Source of the DNA: Kiritimatiellia bacterium | Lineage (GTDB): Bacteria > Verrucomicrobiota > Kiritimatiellia > RFP12 > UBA1067 | Reading direction: 5' to 3' | Assembly: GCA_045132115.1 (NCBI GenBank) | Contig: JBGURT010000028.1 | Span: forward strand, 2,293-66,292 | Length of the DNA stretch: 64,000 bases | Shown here: positions 28,157-38,589 of the stretch, in pieces | How positions within the stretch are numbered: the first letter of the stretch is position 1 | Layout: the number at the start of each line of letters is the position of its first letter | The notes under the pieces: generated by a model | Database searches by the model: none | The model's input: only the letters and a program-made list of their open reading frames with translations | What the model was told of the DNA's origin: nothing | Position numbers and translations under genes: made by a program

Positions 28157-28936
28157 TCAGGCGCGTTGGCGGAGAGCCTCGTACATGACAATCGAAGCGG
28201 CGGTGGCGGCATTCAGCGACTCGAATCCTCCTGGCATTGGGAGCCGCGCAATAAAGTCGCACTTCTCGCGCACCAGCCGGCCGATGCCATCGCCTTCGGC
28301 ACCCACCACGATGCCCGAAGGACCCTTGAAGTCGATTTCCGTGTAAAGCTTTGAATCGTCGCCCCAATCGAGCCCGGTGAACCAGACTCCGGCATCCTTG
28401 AGCTCTTCTATCGCACGGGGAATGTTGACTACATGCGCGATTTTGAGATACTCGCTGCCGCCGGCGGAAGCGCGCACCGCCGCGGGCGTTATCCCGCAGG
28501 CGCGGTCTTCGGCGATCACGACGCCGGTAGCGCCCGCCGCACACGCAGTGCGCAAGATGGCCCCGACATTTTGCGGATCTTCAAGATGGTCCAAGACGAC
28601 GACAAACGCATTCTCGTTATCGTGGACGTCCGACAAAATTTCGTTGAACCCGACATACGGATATCCTGTCGTCTTGATCGCAACACCTTGATGATGGCCG
28701 AAATGCGTGAGTTTGTCAAGGTCCTTGCGATCCATGCGCCGGATCATGATGCGGCGCGAATGGCATTCGTCGGCAATGCGCTGGAGCTGATCGTCAAAGA
28801 AATCCTGCGGCGGCAAAATAACCTCTGAACAAGTCCTGCGGCCGGCGGCGAGAACTTCTTCCACGGGATTCCTGCCGTAGATCCATTCGCCGCCCGAGAC
28901 CATCTCCCGAGGCCCGCGGATATGATGCGACGCCAT
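28157..28936 (-). CDS. rlmB: 23S rRNA (guanosine-2'-O)-methyltransferase RlmB (SpoU/TrmH family)
   Basis: 259 aa; SpoU substrate-binding N-domain (EWIYGRNPVEEVL) and SPOUT methylase motifs (VVVLDHLEDPQNVGAILRTA, IVVGAEGDGI, ESLNAATAASIVMYE). Confidence 0.85.
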   Translation of the reverse strand: MASHHIRGPREMVSGGEWIYGRNPVEEVLAAGRRTCSEVILPPQDFFDDQLQRIADECHSRRIMIRRMDRKDLDKLTHFGHHQGVAIKTTGYPYVGFNEILSDVHDNENAFVVVLDHLEDPQNVGAILRTACAAGATGVVIAEDRACGITPAAVRASAGGSEYLKIAHVVNIPRAIEELKDAGVWFTGLDWGDDSKLYTEIDFKGPSGIVVGAEGDGIGRLVREKCDFIARLPMPGGFESLNAATAASIVMYEALRQRA

Positions 28937-28937
28937 T

Positions 28938-30299
28938 TTACGGAGCCATTATGCCCAGCGATTCGGCGTCTGGATTGAAATAGTATTCCTGGCCGGTGGC
29001 GTCCAAAACGCCGCGCCACAGATCGCCCTTGAGGTTTACCGTCTGGCGCTCGATCGTCGCGAGCTTGATGGGGACTAGCGCATACGATTCGCCCAGGTTG
29101 CCGACAACGCAGCTAGTGCGTCCGGCCATGGCGGCATGCACCGCGTTGCGGGCGAGCATGTAGCAGCGGATCGCGTCCGTGCCGCGCGCCGCGCAGGAAC
29201 GGATGATATAAGACGGATCGAAATACTTCACCGAGCTCTTGATCTTGCGGCTCTTCATGTGGCATTCGATCGCGCGCTTCAGGTATTCGCCGATGTCCTT
29301 CTTGAGAATGTTGCCGGAAGCGTCGCGCACGTCCGGAACGTCCTTGAACATCTCCTGCCCGGCGCCCTCGGCGACCACGATGACCGTGTGGGTCTTGCCT
29401 TGGCGGAAGCGCTTTTCAAGCGCGGCGAAAAGTCCGTTGGGCCCGTCAAGGCGGAACGGATTCTCCGGAATGAGACAGAAATTGACAACCGGATTCGCGA
29501 GCGAAGCGTAGGCGGCGATAAACCCGGAATCGCGCCCCATGACCTTCACGAGACCGATGCCGCCGGCGGTGCCCTTCGCTTCAACATGCGCGTTGCGGAT
29601 GACATCTGCCGCCTCTGCGACCGCAGTCTCGAAACCGAACGAGCGCCCCACAAACTGGAGATCGTTGTCGATCGTCTTGGGGATGCCGACAACGGAAATG
29701 TTGAGATTGCGCTTGATGCACTCGTCGGCGACATCGCGGGCGCACCTGAGCGAGCCGTCGCCGCCCACGCAGAAAAGAACGTTGATGTTCATCCGCACGA
29801 GAGTGTCGACTATTATCTCGGTAGGCTGCTGGCCGCGGCTGGAGCCGAGGATTGTTCCGCCAAGTTCGTGGATCGTGTCCACGACGTCCGGATTGAGCAT
29901 CATCGGCTGGTAGCCGAACTCTGGATTTAGTCCGGCATAGCCGTAGCGGATGCCGAAAATATTTTTGACGCCGTAATCGTAGGTAAGGATTTCGACAAGC
30001 CCCTTGATTACGTTGTTGAGACCTGGGCAAAGCCCGCCGGCGGTAACGATTCCCACTCGCGTCCAGCTGGGATCGTGGAAAATCTTGCGGTGTGCGCCGG
30101 CTCTTTCGAAGCCGGGCAGATGGCCGATCTTGCCTTGGATGTCAAGCGCCAACTGTTCGTTCTCGGTAGAGAGGATTCGCTCTCCGTCCTCGATGAACTC
30201 CGCGTGCTTGACCGGCGAGGGAATCTTGCACTCCCCAAGCGTCCTGACCGTGCACGGATATTTCTGCGGATCTGAGGCGATAATTTCCAGCGAGGCCAT
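28938..30299 (-). CDS. pfk: 6-phosphofructokinase (long, likely PPi-dependent type)
   Basis: 453 aa; GIVTAGGLCPGLNNVIKG, FCVGGDGS, PKTIDND, MGR motifs. Confidence 0.85.
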   Translation of the reverse strand: MASLEIIASDPQKYPCTVRTLGECKIPSPVKHAEFIEDGERILSTENEQLALDIQGKIGHLPGFERAGAHRKIFHDPSWTRVGIVTAGGLCPGLNNVIKGLVEILTYDYGVKNIFGIRYGYAGLNPEFGYQPMMLNPDVVDTIHELGGTILGSSRGQQPTEIIVDTLVRMNINVLFCVGGDGSLRCARDVADECIKRNLNISVVGIPKTIDNDLQFVGRSFGFETAVAEAADVIRNAHVEAKGTAGGIGLVKVMGRDSGFIAAYASLANPVVNFCLIPENPFRLDGPNGLFAALEKRFRQGKTHTVIVVAEGAGQEMFKDVPDVRDASGNILKKDIGEYLKRAIECHMKSRKIKSSVKYFDPSYIIRSCAARGTDAIRCYMLARNAVHAAMAGRTSCVVGNLGESYALVPIKLATIERQTVNLKGDLWRGVLDATGQEYYFNPDAESLGIMAP

Positions 30300-30375
30300 G
30301 GCAGGATCTCCATTCGGTTCCGTAAAGACAATCGGGGCTGGAGGACCGGAACCGGCTCCCCCAGCCCCGTCGTTG

Positions 30376-32322
30376 TTACTTCTTGAGCTCGGCGGTTACC
30401 GTGGCGAGCACGTCGCGGAGAGCCTTCGGGACGCGACGCGCCGTGGTGGAGCGCGTCTCGGTGTCCTTGGAGGCCTTGGCGTCGTATTCGTCGTAGCTCT
30501 CGCCGATCGTCTTGATCTCGTTGAGCCAGCCGGCCTTGTCGACCTTGACGATTTCCTTGAGGAACTTCGGGTTGACGGTGTCCTTGCCCGTGTTGTTCTC
30601 GAGGCTGATGTCGGCGGCCTTCGGGAGGTTGCCGATCGGCGTCTTGACGCAGCCGACCTTGCCCTCGATACGGTCGCAGATCCACTTCAGCACGCGGCTG
30701 TTGTCGCCGAATCCCGGCCACATGAACTCGCCCTTGGCGGTCTTGCGGAACCAGTTGACGAAGTAGATCTTCGGGAGCTTCGTCGCATCGGCGCTGGTGC
30801 GCTCCATCTCCAGCCAGTGCTGGAAGTAGTCGGCGACGTTGTAGCCGAAGAACGGAAGCATCGCCATCGGGTCGCGACGGACCTGGCCGATCTTGTCGGA
30901 GATGACGGCGGCGGTGATTTCGGATCCGGCGGCCGAACCCATGAACACGCCATGCGTCCAGCTCTTGGCCTCGTTCACCAGCGGGATGGTGCTGGGACGG
31001 CGTCCGCCGAAGAGAATCGCGTCGATCGGCACGCCGGTGGGCTTGCCTTCGTACACGCCGTTGAAGCCATCCTTGTCGAGCACCGGGCAGTTCTCCGCGG
31101 GAGCGGTGAAGCGGCTGTTCTTGTGCGCCGCGACATAGCCCATCTCCTTGACTTCCTTCTTGGTCATGCCGGGCTTCGGTCCCATGCGCTTGGGGTCGTC
31201 CACGCAACGGTAGCAGGGATTGCCCTTCCAGTCGATGCCTTCTTCAGGAGCGTCGACGCCCATGTCTTCCCACCAGATGTCGCCGTTTGGCGTAAGGACG
31301 ACGTTCGTGAAGATCGTGCCCTTGGTGCAGGAGAGGAGCGCGTTGGGGTTGGAATCCTTGGAGGTGCCGGGCGCCACGCCGAAGAAGCCGTTCTCGGGGT
31401 TGATGGCGTAGAGGCGGCCGTCGTCGCCGGGCTTGAGCCACGCGATATCGTCGCCGATCGTCTCGAGCTTCCAGCCGGGGAGCTTCGGGAGCATCATCGC
31501 GAGGTTCGTCTTGCCGCAGGCGGACGGGAACGCCGCCGTTACGTGATACTGCTTCTTCTCCGGGGAAGTGAGCGTGAGGATGAGCATGTGCTCGGCCATC
31601 CAGCCCTCGTCCTTCGCGAGCTTGGAAGCGATGCGGAGCGCGAAGCACTTCTTGCCCAAAAGCGCATTGCCGCCGTAGCCAGAGCCGAACGACCAGATTT
31701 CGCGGTCTTCGGGGAACTGGGTGATGTACTTGTCCTCGATCTTCTTCGCGCAGGGCCAAGCGACATCCTTCTCGCCCTTCTTGAGAGGAGCGCCCACGGA
31801 GTGGATGCAGGGGATGAACGCGCCATCCTTGCCGAGGTGCTTCAAAACCGCGTCGCCCGTGCGGGTCATGATGTTCATGTTCACCACGACGTAAGGCGAG
31901 TCAGTGATCTCGATGCCGTACTGGGTGATCGGGTTGCCGATCGGGCCCATCGCGAACGGAATGACGTACATCGTGCGGCCCTTCATGCAGCCCTTGTACG
32001 CCTTCTCCATGCGCTTCTTCATCTCGACGGGATCCATCCAGTGGTTCGTAGGACCGGCGTCGATCTCGCGCTTCGAGCAGATGAACGTGCGGCCCTCGAC
32101 GCGTGCCACGTCGCTCTCGTGCGAACGGGCGAGGTAGCAGTCGGGACGGAGCTTCTGGTTGAGCTTGACGAACTGGCCGTTCTTGACCATCATCTCGCAA
32201 ATGGCCTTGTGTTCGGCCTTGGTGCCCTTCACGACGACAATCTTGTCGGGAGTGCAGATCTTGTTCCACTTTTCAACCCACGCCGCAACCTTGGCGTTGG
32301 CGAATTTGGGGGTAGTTGCCAT
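30376..32322 (-). CDS. pckG: phosphoenolpyruvate carboxykinase (GTP)
   Basis: 648 aa; PEPCK-GTP kinase-1a motif AFPSACGKTNLAM, FGVAPGTS, full-length similarity. Confidence 0.9.
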   Translation of the reverse strand: MATTPKFANAKVAAWVEKWNKICTPDKIVVVKGTKAEHKAICEMMVKNGQFVKLNQKLRPDCYLARSHESDVARVEGRTFICSKREIDAGPTNHWMDPVEMKKRMEKAYKGCMKGRTMYVIPFAMGPIGNPITQYGIEITDSPYVVVNMNIMTRTGDAVLKHLGKDGAFIPCIHSVGAPLKKGEKDVAWPCAKKIEDKYITQFPEDREIWSFGSGYGGNALLGKKCFALRIASKLAKDEGWMAEHMLILTLTSPEKKQYHVTAAFPSACGKTNLAMMLPKLPGWKLETIGDDIAWLKPGDDGRLYAINPENGFFGVAPGTSKDSNPNALLSCTKGTIFTNVVLTPNGDIWWEDMGVDAPEEGIDWKGNPCYRCVDDPKRMGPKPGMTKKEVKEMGYVAAHKNSRFTAPAENCPVLDKDGFNGVYEGKPTGVPIDAILFGGRRPSTIPLVNEAKSWTHGVFMGSAAGSEITAAVISDKIGQVRRDPMAMLPFFGYNVADYFQHWLEMERTSADATKLPKIYFVNWFRKTAKGEFMWPGFGDNSRVLKWICDRIEGKVGCVKTPIGNLPKAADISLENNTGKDTVNPKFLKEIVKVDKAGWLNEIKTIGESYDEYDAKASKDTETRSTTARRVPKALRDVLATVTAELKK

Positions 32323-32359
32323 TGTAGCTTTCTTTCCTGTTTTGTTGTTGAGAAAACGA

Positions 32360-33427
32360 TTAGTTCACGAACGTCACCTTGCCGGTGCCGCCCTTGCGGA
32401 TCGTGCCGATAACCGAATACGACTGGTGCTGGCCCTTGAGAATGTTCTTCGCCTTCTCGAGCTGGACCTTCGGGACGATGATCACGTAGCCGATGCCCAT
32501 GTTGAAGACGCGGTACATTTCGTCGGTATCCACCTTGCCGCGGTTCTGGATATACTTGAAGATCGTGGGGACCTCCCAGCTGGAGCGGTCGATCTCCGCG
32601 TTCACGACCTTGGGCAGCACGCGCGGAATGTTGTCCTGGAAGCCGCCGCCGGTGATATGCGCCATGCCGCTGATCTTGATGCCGCGCTCCATGAGTTTGG
32701 AGACCGGCTTCAGGAAGCTGCGGTGCGTCGCGAGGAGCGCCTCGCCGAACGTCTGGTTCGTGCCGGGGAGCTTGTCCTGCCAGGTGTGCTGGTCGAGATC
32801 GAAGATCACGCGGCGGGCGAGCGAAAAGCCGTTCGTCTGCAAACCGCCGGAAGGAAGACCGATGATCGCGTCTCCTGCGCGGATTGACTTGCCGGTGATG
32901 AGCTTCTTCTTAGGGACGCATCCGACGATCGTGCCCACGAGGTCGTATTCGCCGGCAGGATAGAGACCGGGCATTTCGGCGGTTTCGCCGCCCAAAAGCG
33001 CCATCTTGTTTTCCTTGCACGCCTTGCAAAGTCCTGCGACGATCTGCTTGAACTGATCGCCGTCGAACTTCGCCGCGCCCACGTAGTCCATGAAGAAGAG
33101 AGGCTTCGCGCCCTGCACGAGAATATCGTTCACGCAGTGGTTGACGATGTCCTGCCCGACCGTGTCGTGCTTGTTCATCATCGTCGCGACCTTGAGCTTC
33201 GTGCCTACGCCATCGGTGGAGGAGACAAGAATCATGTCGCGGCCCGGCGGCACCTTGTGCAGCCCGCCGAACGCACCGATCCCGCCGATCACTCCCTGCG
33301 TCTTCGTGGAGCCCACCATCGCCTTGATGGCGGTCAGGGCCGACATCTTGTTGTCGATGTTGACCCCGGCCTGCGCATAGGCGGATTTGGCCGCCGCCTT
33401 GGAGGGCTTCGTATTAGAGCTTGCCAT
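32360..33427 (-). CDS. purM: phosphoribosylformylglycinamidine cyclo-ligase
   Basis: 355 aa; SYAQAGVNID, VSSTDGVGTK, HITGGG motifs. Confidence 0.9.
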   Translation of the reverse strand: MASSNTKPSKAAAKSAYAQAGVNIDNKMSALTAIKAMVGSTKTQGVIGGIGAFGGLHKVPPGRDMILVSSTDGVGTKLKVATMMNKHDTVGQDIVNHCVNDILVQGAKPLFFMDYVGAAKFDGDQFKQIVAGLCKACKENKMALLGGETAEMPGLYPAGEYDLVGTIVGCVPKKKLITGKSIRAGDAIIGLPSGGLQTNGFSLARRVIFDLDQHTWQDKLPGTNQTFGEALLATHRSFLKPVSKLMERGIKISGMAHITGGGFQDNIPRVLPKVVNAEIDRSSWEVPTIFKYIQNRGKVDTDEMYRVFNMGIGYVIIVPKVQLEKAKNILKGQHQSYSVIGTIRKGGTGKVTFVN

Positions 33428-34412
33428 TGGAGCCGAGCACCTTCACAATCTTGTGGATGTACATCTTCTTCATATTTTCGCGCGCCGGCGTCAAGTACTG
33501 GCGCGGATCGAAGTGGTCAGGATGCTCCGCGAAGTGCTTGCGGATCGCCGCCGTCATCGCCAGACGCGAGTCGCTGTCGATGTTGATCTTGCACACCGCG
33601 CTCTTCGCCGCCTTGCGGAGCTGGCTCTCGGGAATGCCGACCGCGTCGGGAAGCTTGCCGCCGTACTTGTTGATCGTATCCACCTCTTCCTGCGGAACCG
33701 AGGACGACCCGTGAAGAACGATCGGGAAGCCGGGGAGCTTCTTCTCGATTGCGCGGAGAACGTCGAACGCCAGCGGCGGCGGAACTAGCTTGCCCGTCTT
33801 GGGGTCGCGCGTGCACTGCTCCGGCGTGAACTTGTAGGCGCCGTGCGAGGTGCCGATGGAAATCGCAAGCGAGTCGCAGCCGGTCTTCGTGGCGAACTCG
33901 ATAACTTCCTCGGGCTTCGTGTAGTGGCTCTCCGCCGCGGAAACTTCGTCTTCCACGCCGGCGAGAACGCCGAGCTCCGCCTCTACCGTCACGTCATGCT
34001 TGTGGGCGTAGTTCACGACCTTCTTCGTGAGCTTGATGTTCTCCTCGAAAGGAAGGTGGGAAGCGTCGATCATCACCGAGCTGAAGCCGGAATCGATGCA
34101 GCTCTTGCAGGTCTCGAAGCTGTCGCCATGATCGAGGTGCAACACGATCTGGGGCTTCTTGCAACCGAGCTCCTTGGCGTATTCGACCGCACCCTGGGCC
34201 ATGTAGCGCAGAATCGTGGGGTTGGCATACTTGCGCGCGCCCTTGGAAACCTGCATGATCACCGGACTCTTGGTCTCCACCGCTGCCTGGACGATGGCTT
34301 GCATCTGTTCCATGGTGTTGAAGTTGAACGCGGGGATGGCGTAACCGCCCTTGACGGCCTTGGCGAACATCTTTTTCGTGTTCACAAGACCTAGTTCCTT
34401 GTAACTGGTCAT
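33414..34412 (-). CDS. fba: class II fructose-1,6-bisphosphate aldolase
   Basis: 332 aa; AIPAFNFNTMEQ, LHLDHG, ISIGTSHGAYKF, VLHGSSSVPQE. Confidence 0.9.
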   Translation of the reverse strand: MTSYKELGLVNTKKMFAKAVKGGYAIPAFNFNTMEQMQAIVQAAVETKSPVIMQVSKGARKYANPTILRYMAQGAVEYAKELGCKKPQIVLHLDHGDSFETCKSCIDSGFSSVMIDASHLPFEENIKLTKKVVNYAHKHDVTVEAELGVLAGVEDEVSAAESHYTKPEEVIEFATKTGCDSLAISIGTSHGAYKFTPEQCTRDPKTGKLVPPPLAFDVLRAIEKKLPGFPIVLHGSSSVPQEEVDTINKYGGKLPDAVGIPESQLRKAAKSAVCKINIDSDSRLAMTAAIRKHFAEHPDHFDPRQYLTPARENMKKMYIHKIVKVLGSNGKL

Positions 34413-34438
34413 TTTTTATTCCTCATTAGGTTTGAAAC

Positions 34439-34515
34439 TGGTGGGCTATAGTGGATTCGAACCACTGACCTCTTCCATGTCAAGGAAGCGCTCTAACCAA
34501 CTGAGCTAATAGCCC
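34439..34515 (-). tRNA. tRNA-Val (anticodon GAC)
   Basis: RC: GGGCTATTAGCTCAGTTGGTTAGAGCGCTTCCTTGACATGGAAGAGGTCAGTGGTTCGAATCCACTATAGCCCACCA; anticodon loop TTGACAT. Confidence 0.88.
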
Positions 34516-34525
34516 TTCATTCCAA

Positions 34526-34611
34526 TGGTGGTGGGGCAAGGATTCGAACCTTGGAAGGCGCAAGCCAGCAGATTTACAGTCTGCCCTCGTTGACCACTTG
34601 AGTATCCCACC
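34526..34611 (-). tRNA. tRNA-Tyr (anticodon GTA), long variable arm
   Basis: RC: GGTGGGATACTCAAGTGGTCAACGAGGGCAGACTGTAAATCTGCTGGCTTGCGCCTTCCAAGGTTCGAATCCTTGCCCCACCACCA; anticodon loop CTGTAAA. Confidence 0.88.
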
Positions 34612-34614
34612 TTT

Positions 34615-34665
34615 GCGGAATGCGCGTATTATATCATATTCTACCACCATTTGTAAAGGGGGAAA
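34615..34665 (-). promoter_or_regulatory. sigma70 promoter for tRNA-Tyr/Val: -35 TTTACA, 18-nt spacer, extended -10 TGATATAAT + ACGCGCA discriminator
   Basis: Minus-strand cccccTTTACAaatggtggtagaatatgaTATAATACGCGCAttccgcaaag; same 16-mer as at tRNA-Thr and hisG promoters. Confidence 0.6.
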
Positions 34666-34812
34666 ATGCTTTTCCTGGGCTGTGCGGCGGCGATATCCTG
34701 GCTCTGCGCGCCATCTAAACCATTGCGGCAAATTCCTTGATGGCGGCAATAACTTCCTCGACCGGCAGCTCGTATTACAAAAGTTCCACCTCTTCTTTGA
34801 ATGTCATTGCCT

Positions 34813-35688
34813 TCATTCTGCAATCTCCTGACGAACCTTACAGGTAAGTTTCCTGGCGCCTTGATTGTTCAAATGGTCCCAATCGATAAAATCGTCATCC
34901 GTAAAATCAATATCGTAAAAGTGATTTAACAATTTTGCATTGCCATGTTCCCGCGCAACCGCTTCAACGCCGTCGAATATGTTTTTCTCATTCTTCAGCG
35001 CCTCCCGGTAGCCATTGCTGGCTGGCGGAACCACTATCCATACCTTTTGTCCGGCCGCCTCCGCCTCCTCAATCAACTTTACCAGATACACGTTCATTTT
35101 TGAATTTCGCTTGTTGTTTTTAAGGTGCGCAAACGCCCTTTCCACCGCCGTTGCCGTCTTGAATGGCGGATATGTCAACTCATTGCCGAGATCTCCGGGG
35201 ATCGGCTTGTGGCGTTCCAGATATCGCCGGCATTTGCACTTGCATTTCCACACCGCACCCTCCAATTGCGGATACATTCCCGGCCGCTCTTCCGGCCAGC
35301 CTATTCCAGTTGCCGCCCTTATTCCCACTGACATCTTTGAGTATGACGAAAGCAGGTTGTTGCTCCCCGGTGAAAATACCGAGTAAAACACTACCAATTG
35401 TTTGACTGACCGTCCCCATTTTCGGTATATCTCATACGTCGTATACAGATCCTCAAACGCCATGCCGATATTGAATTCTTTACCTTCCGCCCACCATCCC
35501 ATCTGCGCATGGGAAGATCCCAACACCAATGTATCGATTTCATCCTTAATTGCTTCAATCGCCCTAACCTTGCGCACCCATCCTGAATATCCGAATTCCA
35601 AATTCGACACCTTCTTTATATGCAATAAATATGCCAGTTGCCAACCCAGACATTTCAATCTATCTACAAGTCGCATCCCTTTCTTCAT
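34813..35688 (-). CDS. SGNH/GDSL-like hydrolase-fold protein (putative polysaccharide O-acyl esterase/transferase)
   Basis: 291 aa; GSSH near N-terminus (LVLGSSHA) and DWDHLNNQG near C-terminus resemble SGNH blocks I and V; assignment tentative. Confidence 0.4.
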   Translation of the reverse strand: MKKGMRLVDRLKCLGWQLAYLLHIKKVSNLEFGYSGWVRKVRAIEAIKDEIDTLVLGSSHAQMGWWAEGKEFNIGMAFEDLYTTYEIYRKWGRSVKQLVVFYSVFSPGSNNLLSSYSKMSVGIRAATGIGWPEERPGMYPQLEGAVWKCKCKCRRYLERHKPIPGDLGNELTYPPFKTATAVERAFAHLKNNKRNSKMNVYLVKLIEEAEAAGQKVWIVVPPASNGYREALKNEKNIFDGVEAVAREHGNAKLLNHFYDIDFTDDDFIDWDHLNNQGARKLTCKVRQEIAE

Positions 35689-35733
35689 TCCTCTATCTCC
35701 AGCACATTCTGCGCTATCGCCGCCAATGACATA

Positions 35734-36768
35734 TCAGCTCATCGGCTTCTTAATGCCATATTTAGAATAAAATCGCAACAATCCATATAGCCCGAGCTTC
35801 CGCCAAGCCATACTGCGCGCAAGCGCAAAAATTCTCTGCCGGAAATCAAGATCATAGTTGAATTTGCCGTTTTTTCGTGCAAGCACAATGTTTTTCATCA
35901 TCAACTTTATGCCCTTTCTGGCATAAAACCGCGAGATTTTCCGATTGCGACACCAAGCGAACTGAATATGCTGCTCGATAAGCATATTTATATGACGATT
36001 GTCGTCTTCTCCAAACGCACTTATGCCATTGCCTACACGATAAGCACTGACTACATCATTGAGATAGCATATTTTACCCGTCTCAGCCATAAGCAAAAGC
36101 ACAACAATATCATACCAAATTATGATTTCCGGGTGCTTGGCAACGCACTTTCCCCATGCCGAACGGCGCAACAGATAGGTTGTTGTGTGGAAGTAATGTT
36201 TCCCCAACAAATCTTTCAATCCAAGTAAGGTTCTCGTGCCGTTATATTTCTCTACGCTTACGGTCCCATCTTTGTATCGCCATTCAGTATCGGCAACACA
36301 CATGGCCGCATTGGTTTTGCGGATAAGATCGACCTGTTTCTGGAGTTTTTGCGGATCGGTCCAATAGTCGTCACCCTCGCAAAACGCAATAAATTCTCCT
36401 CTCCATCTTGCGTGAGCTCTCTTAGCATTGCCACCATATCGGTAAAGATTCTCATGCCACCAAAGGACGCGTATCTTGTCCGGATATTTCTTTTGGTACT
36501 CGAAACATATTTCACGGGTACCATCTGTAGATCCGTCATCGCCGACGATAAGCTCAAAGTCAAAATCAGTCTTCTGCATCATAACGCCTTCTATCGCCTG
36601 ACGGACGTACGGCGCTTGATTGTATGTCATCATGTGCACAGTAACTACAGGATTCTTGCACAGCCGCTCTGAATCTGATGTTTCGACACAAGGAATATCC
36701 ATTGGGTCACCGTCAAACAATTGAATCGGCGAGCCTCGCAATACTTCAAGTTCTTTCATCAGTGTCAT
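35734..36768 (-). CDS. glycosyltransferase family 2
   Basis: 344 aa; VTVHMMTYNQAPYVRQAIEGV, DFELIVGDDGSTDGT, CEGDDYW (DxD). Confidence 0.85.
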   Translation of the reverse strand: MTLMKELEVLRGSPIQLFDGDPMDIPCVETSDSERLCKNPVVTVHMMTYNQAPYVRQAIEGVMMQKTDFDFELIVGDDGSTDGTREICFEYQKKYPDKIRVLWWHENLYRYGGNAKRAHARWRGEFIAFCEGDDYWTDPQKLQKQVDLIRKTNAAMCVADTEWRYKDGTVSVEKYNGTRTLLGLKDLLGKHYFHTTTYLLRRSAWGKCVAKHPEIIIWYDIVVLLLMAETGKICYLNDVVSAYRVGNGISAFGEDDNRHINMLIEQHIQFAWCRNRKISRFYARKGIKLMMKNIVLARKNGKFNYDLDFRQRIFALARSMAWRKLGLYGLLRFYSKYGIKKPMS

Positions 36769-36830
36769 ACAAAACTATCCTTCTATTATAGACGATACGC
36801 GCGGCAAATTAACCATTTCGTAAAAACTCA

Positions 36831-37301
36831 TTAGACTCGTGCCACCATTTCAAACTGACTATCGATTGCACTGGATATAGTATACCCATACTTTTTATAA
36901 GCCGAGATCGCTTGGTCGTTGTCTTTGTTCACCATTAACTTAATTGTCTTGAAACCTTTTGCTTTTGAAATATTTGAAGCATACTGCATCAATTTAGCTC
37001 CGACACCTAATCTTCGCCAAACTTGACGAACATGAAATATTGAAATGAATGCATACCCTTGCTTAGGCATATTGAAATATCCTCCAAGAATGCCCATTAT
37101 TTTGCACTTGCATACTGCTGAGGATTGAACGGCAACCAGCACAGTTCCGCTATTGATGAGTTTAGTTGCATAACTGTCAATGTCAACTATAGTATTTAAC
37201 GGCGGAGTAAAATCATTGTTAACATCATTTAGATACGCTTTTAGTTCGTCGGCATTCGTCGTAATCTCCAAATGCGGATTTAAAAACACCTCTTCTTTCA
37301 T
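36831..37301 (-). CDS. GNAT family N-acetyltransferase
   Basis: 156 aa; GNAT motif A-like QVWRRLGVGAKLMQYA; AT-rich region. Confidence 0.7.
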   Translation of the reverse strand: MKEEVFLNPHLEITTNADELKAYLNDVNNDFTPPLNTIVDIDSYATKLINSGTVLVAVQSSAVCKCKIMGILGGYFNMPKQGYAFISIFHVRQVWRRLGVGAKLMQYASNISKAKGFKTIKLMVNKDNDQAISAYKKYGYTISSAIDSQFEMVARV

Positions 37302-37407
37302 TCTTGTAATGGCCTATAAGTTTCGTTCAATATTCTATTCGCTACATTGGCATGTCGCTCCCACGCTATAATCCATGCTGAAATATTCGCTTATGAAAAT
37401 ATCTGTC

Positions 37408-38589
37408 TCAATCATCTATCACCACTCTACACCATTCACTATATTTAGCAACAGCCTCTTCCGCCTGATTCCGAGAGTCGAACTTCAAAACAAGAGTGCC
37501 TATTGTTTGATTCGCACCAGTAAAGGATGTGACTTTATCACCCGGCTTCACCCAAAGATCATTTTGAACAAAATACTGCTTGGCAAAATCTTCGTCAATC
37601 TCAAGCGACTTGAATGTACCTGACTTGTTGGAATGTACAATAAACTCAGCCCACGAACCATTATAAACTGGGTCGCTCATTGGCATCATCGACAAAGCGA
37701 GCGCTCCACGAACACTGTTTTCAATCAAATCTTGCCCAGTAGCCAGCTCAAGCATCTCTGAAAGCCTATTGCCGCCACCTCGAGGCGATAGTTCCATTAT
37801 ATAAGGTTTGCCATCGGCTGCGACTCTGGTTTCAATATTGTAGATTGATGTACCAAGATTAAGGAGCTTTATGAGACGTTGAATCTCGCTTCGCAATTCA
37901 TTTTGTGCCTCTTTGGGCATCTCACTCGGCCAGGAATATGCTGCTGGCGTGTAGGGGTTTGGCGCAGTAGAGTCAAAATACTGACAATTGAAGGAGCAAA
38001 AAACGAGTTGGCTGCCTATTGAGAATGAGTCCGTATCAGATGATAAATATGCGTTATCCAAGAACTGTTCGATAATTATGCGACCACTGCGAGATTCGGA
38101 ACGGGCATATTCAATCGCTGACGCCAGCTCAGCACTCGAGCTAACACGAGAGCAACCTTTAGAGCCTGCTGAATCAACGGGCTTAACGATTACAGGGTAG
38201 ATAATCTCATCGTTAGGTTGGTACCGCTTTGGACAGTTAAAACCATTTACTTCCAAGAAGTCGCGAAATCGGTCTTTGTTTTGAAGTATCTCCACTGATG
38301 CAAGCGGCGGGAATGGCAGGCCCATTTTCTCGGCGACATAAGCGGCGGTCACAACGCCAGGATCGACGCCAAACGAAAGAATACCGTCAATTTGCTTCTC
38401 CCGTGCTACCTTCAATACTGCATCTCTGTCGATTATGCTGACATTGACATATTCATCGGAAAACTTATGCGCGATGTTGTCGGGCAGATAATCTGCAGTT
38501 ATGACATAGACTCCCAACTTGTGCGCAGCCTCGATGACCGGCAACAAGTAACGAATCCCGCCAAGCAACATCAGTTTCTTTTGCTTCAC
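37408..38589 (-). CDS. ATP-grasp domain ligase
   Basis: 393 aa; pre-ATP-grasp + ATP-grasp (IVKPVDSAGSKGCSRV, IIEQFLD, YIMELSPRGGG). Confidence 0.7.
   Translation of the reverse strand: MKQKKLMLLGGIRYLLPVIEAAHKLGVYVITADYLPDNIAHKFSDEYVNVSIIDRDAVLKVAREKQIDGILSFGVDPGVVTAAYVAEKMGLPFPPLASVEILQNKDRFRDFLEVNGFNCPKRYQPNDEIIYPVIVKPVDSAGSKGCSRVSSSAELASAIEYARSESRSGRIIIEQFLDNAYLSSDTDSFSIGSQLVFCSFNCQYFDSTAPNPYTPAAYSWPSEMPKEAQNELRSEIQRLIKLLNLGTSIYNIETRVAADGKPYIMELSPRGGGNRLSEMLELATGQDLIENSVRGALALSMMPMSDPVYNGSWAEFIVHSNKSGTFKSLEIDEDFAKQYFVQNDLWVKPGDKVTSFTGANQTIGTLVLKFDSRNQAEEAVAKYSEWCRVVIDD

Noticed and set aside
34480-34749. 89-aa minus-strand ORF overlapping tRNA-Val and tRNA-Tyr
   Set aside because: It overlaps two well-folded tRNA genes and has no homology signal, so it is a spurious ORF.
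34660-34810. Short minus-strand frame MKAMTFKEEVELL[TAA]YELPVEEVIAAIKEFAAMV between tRNA-Tyr and the SGNH-like gene
   Set aside because: It is too short and is interrupted by a stop. It is possibly a decayed gene fragment, but no family assignment was possible.
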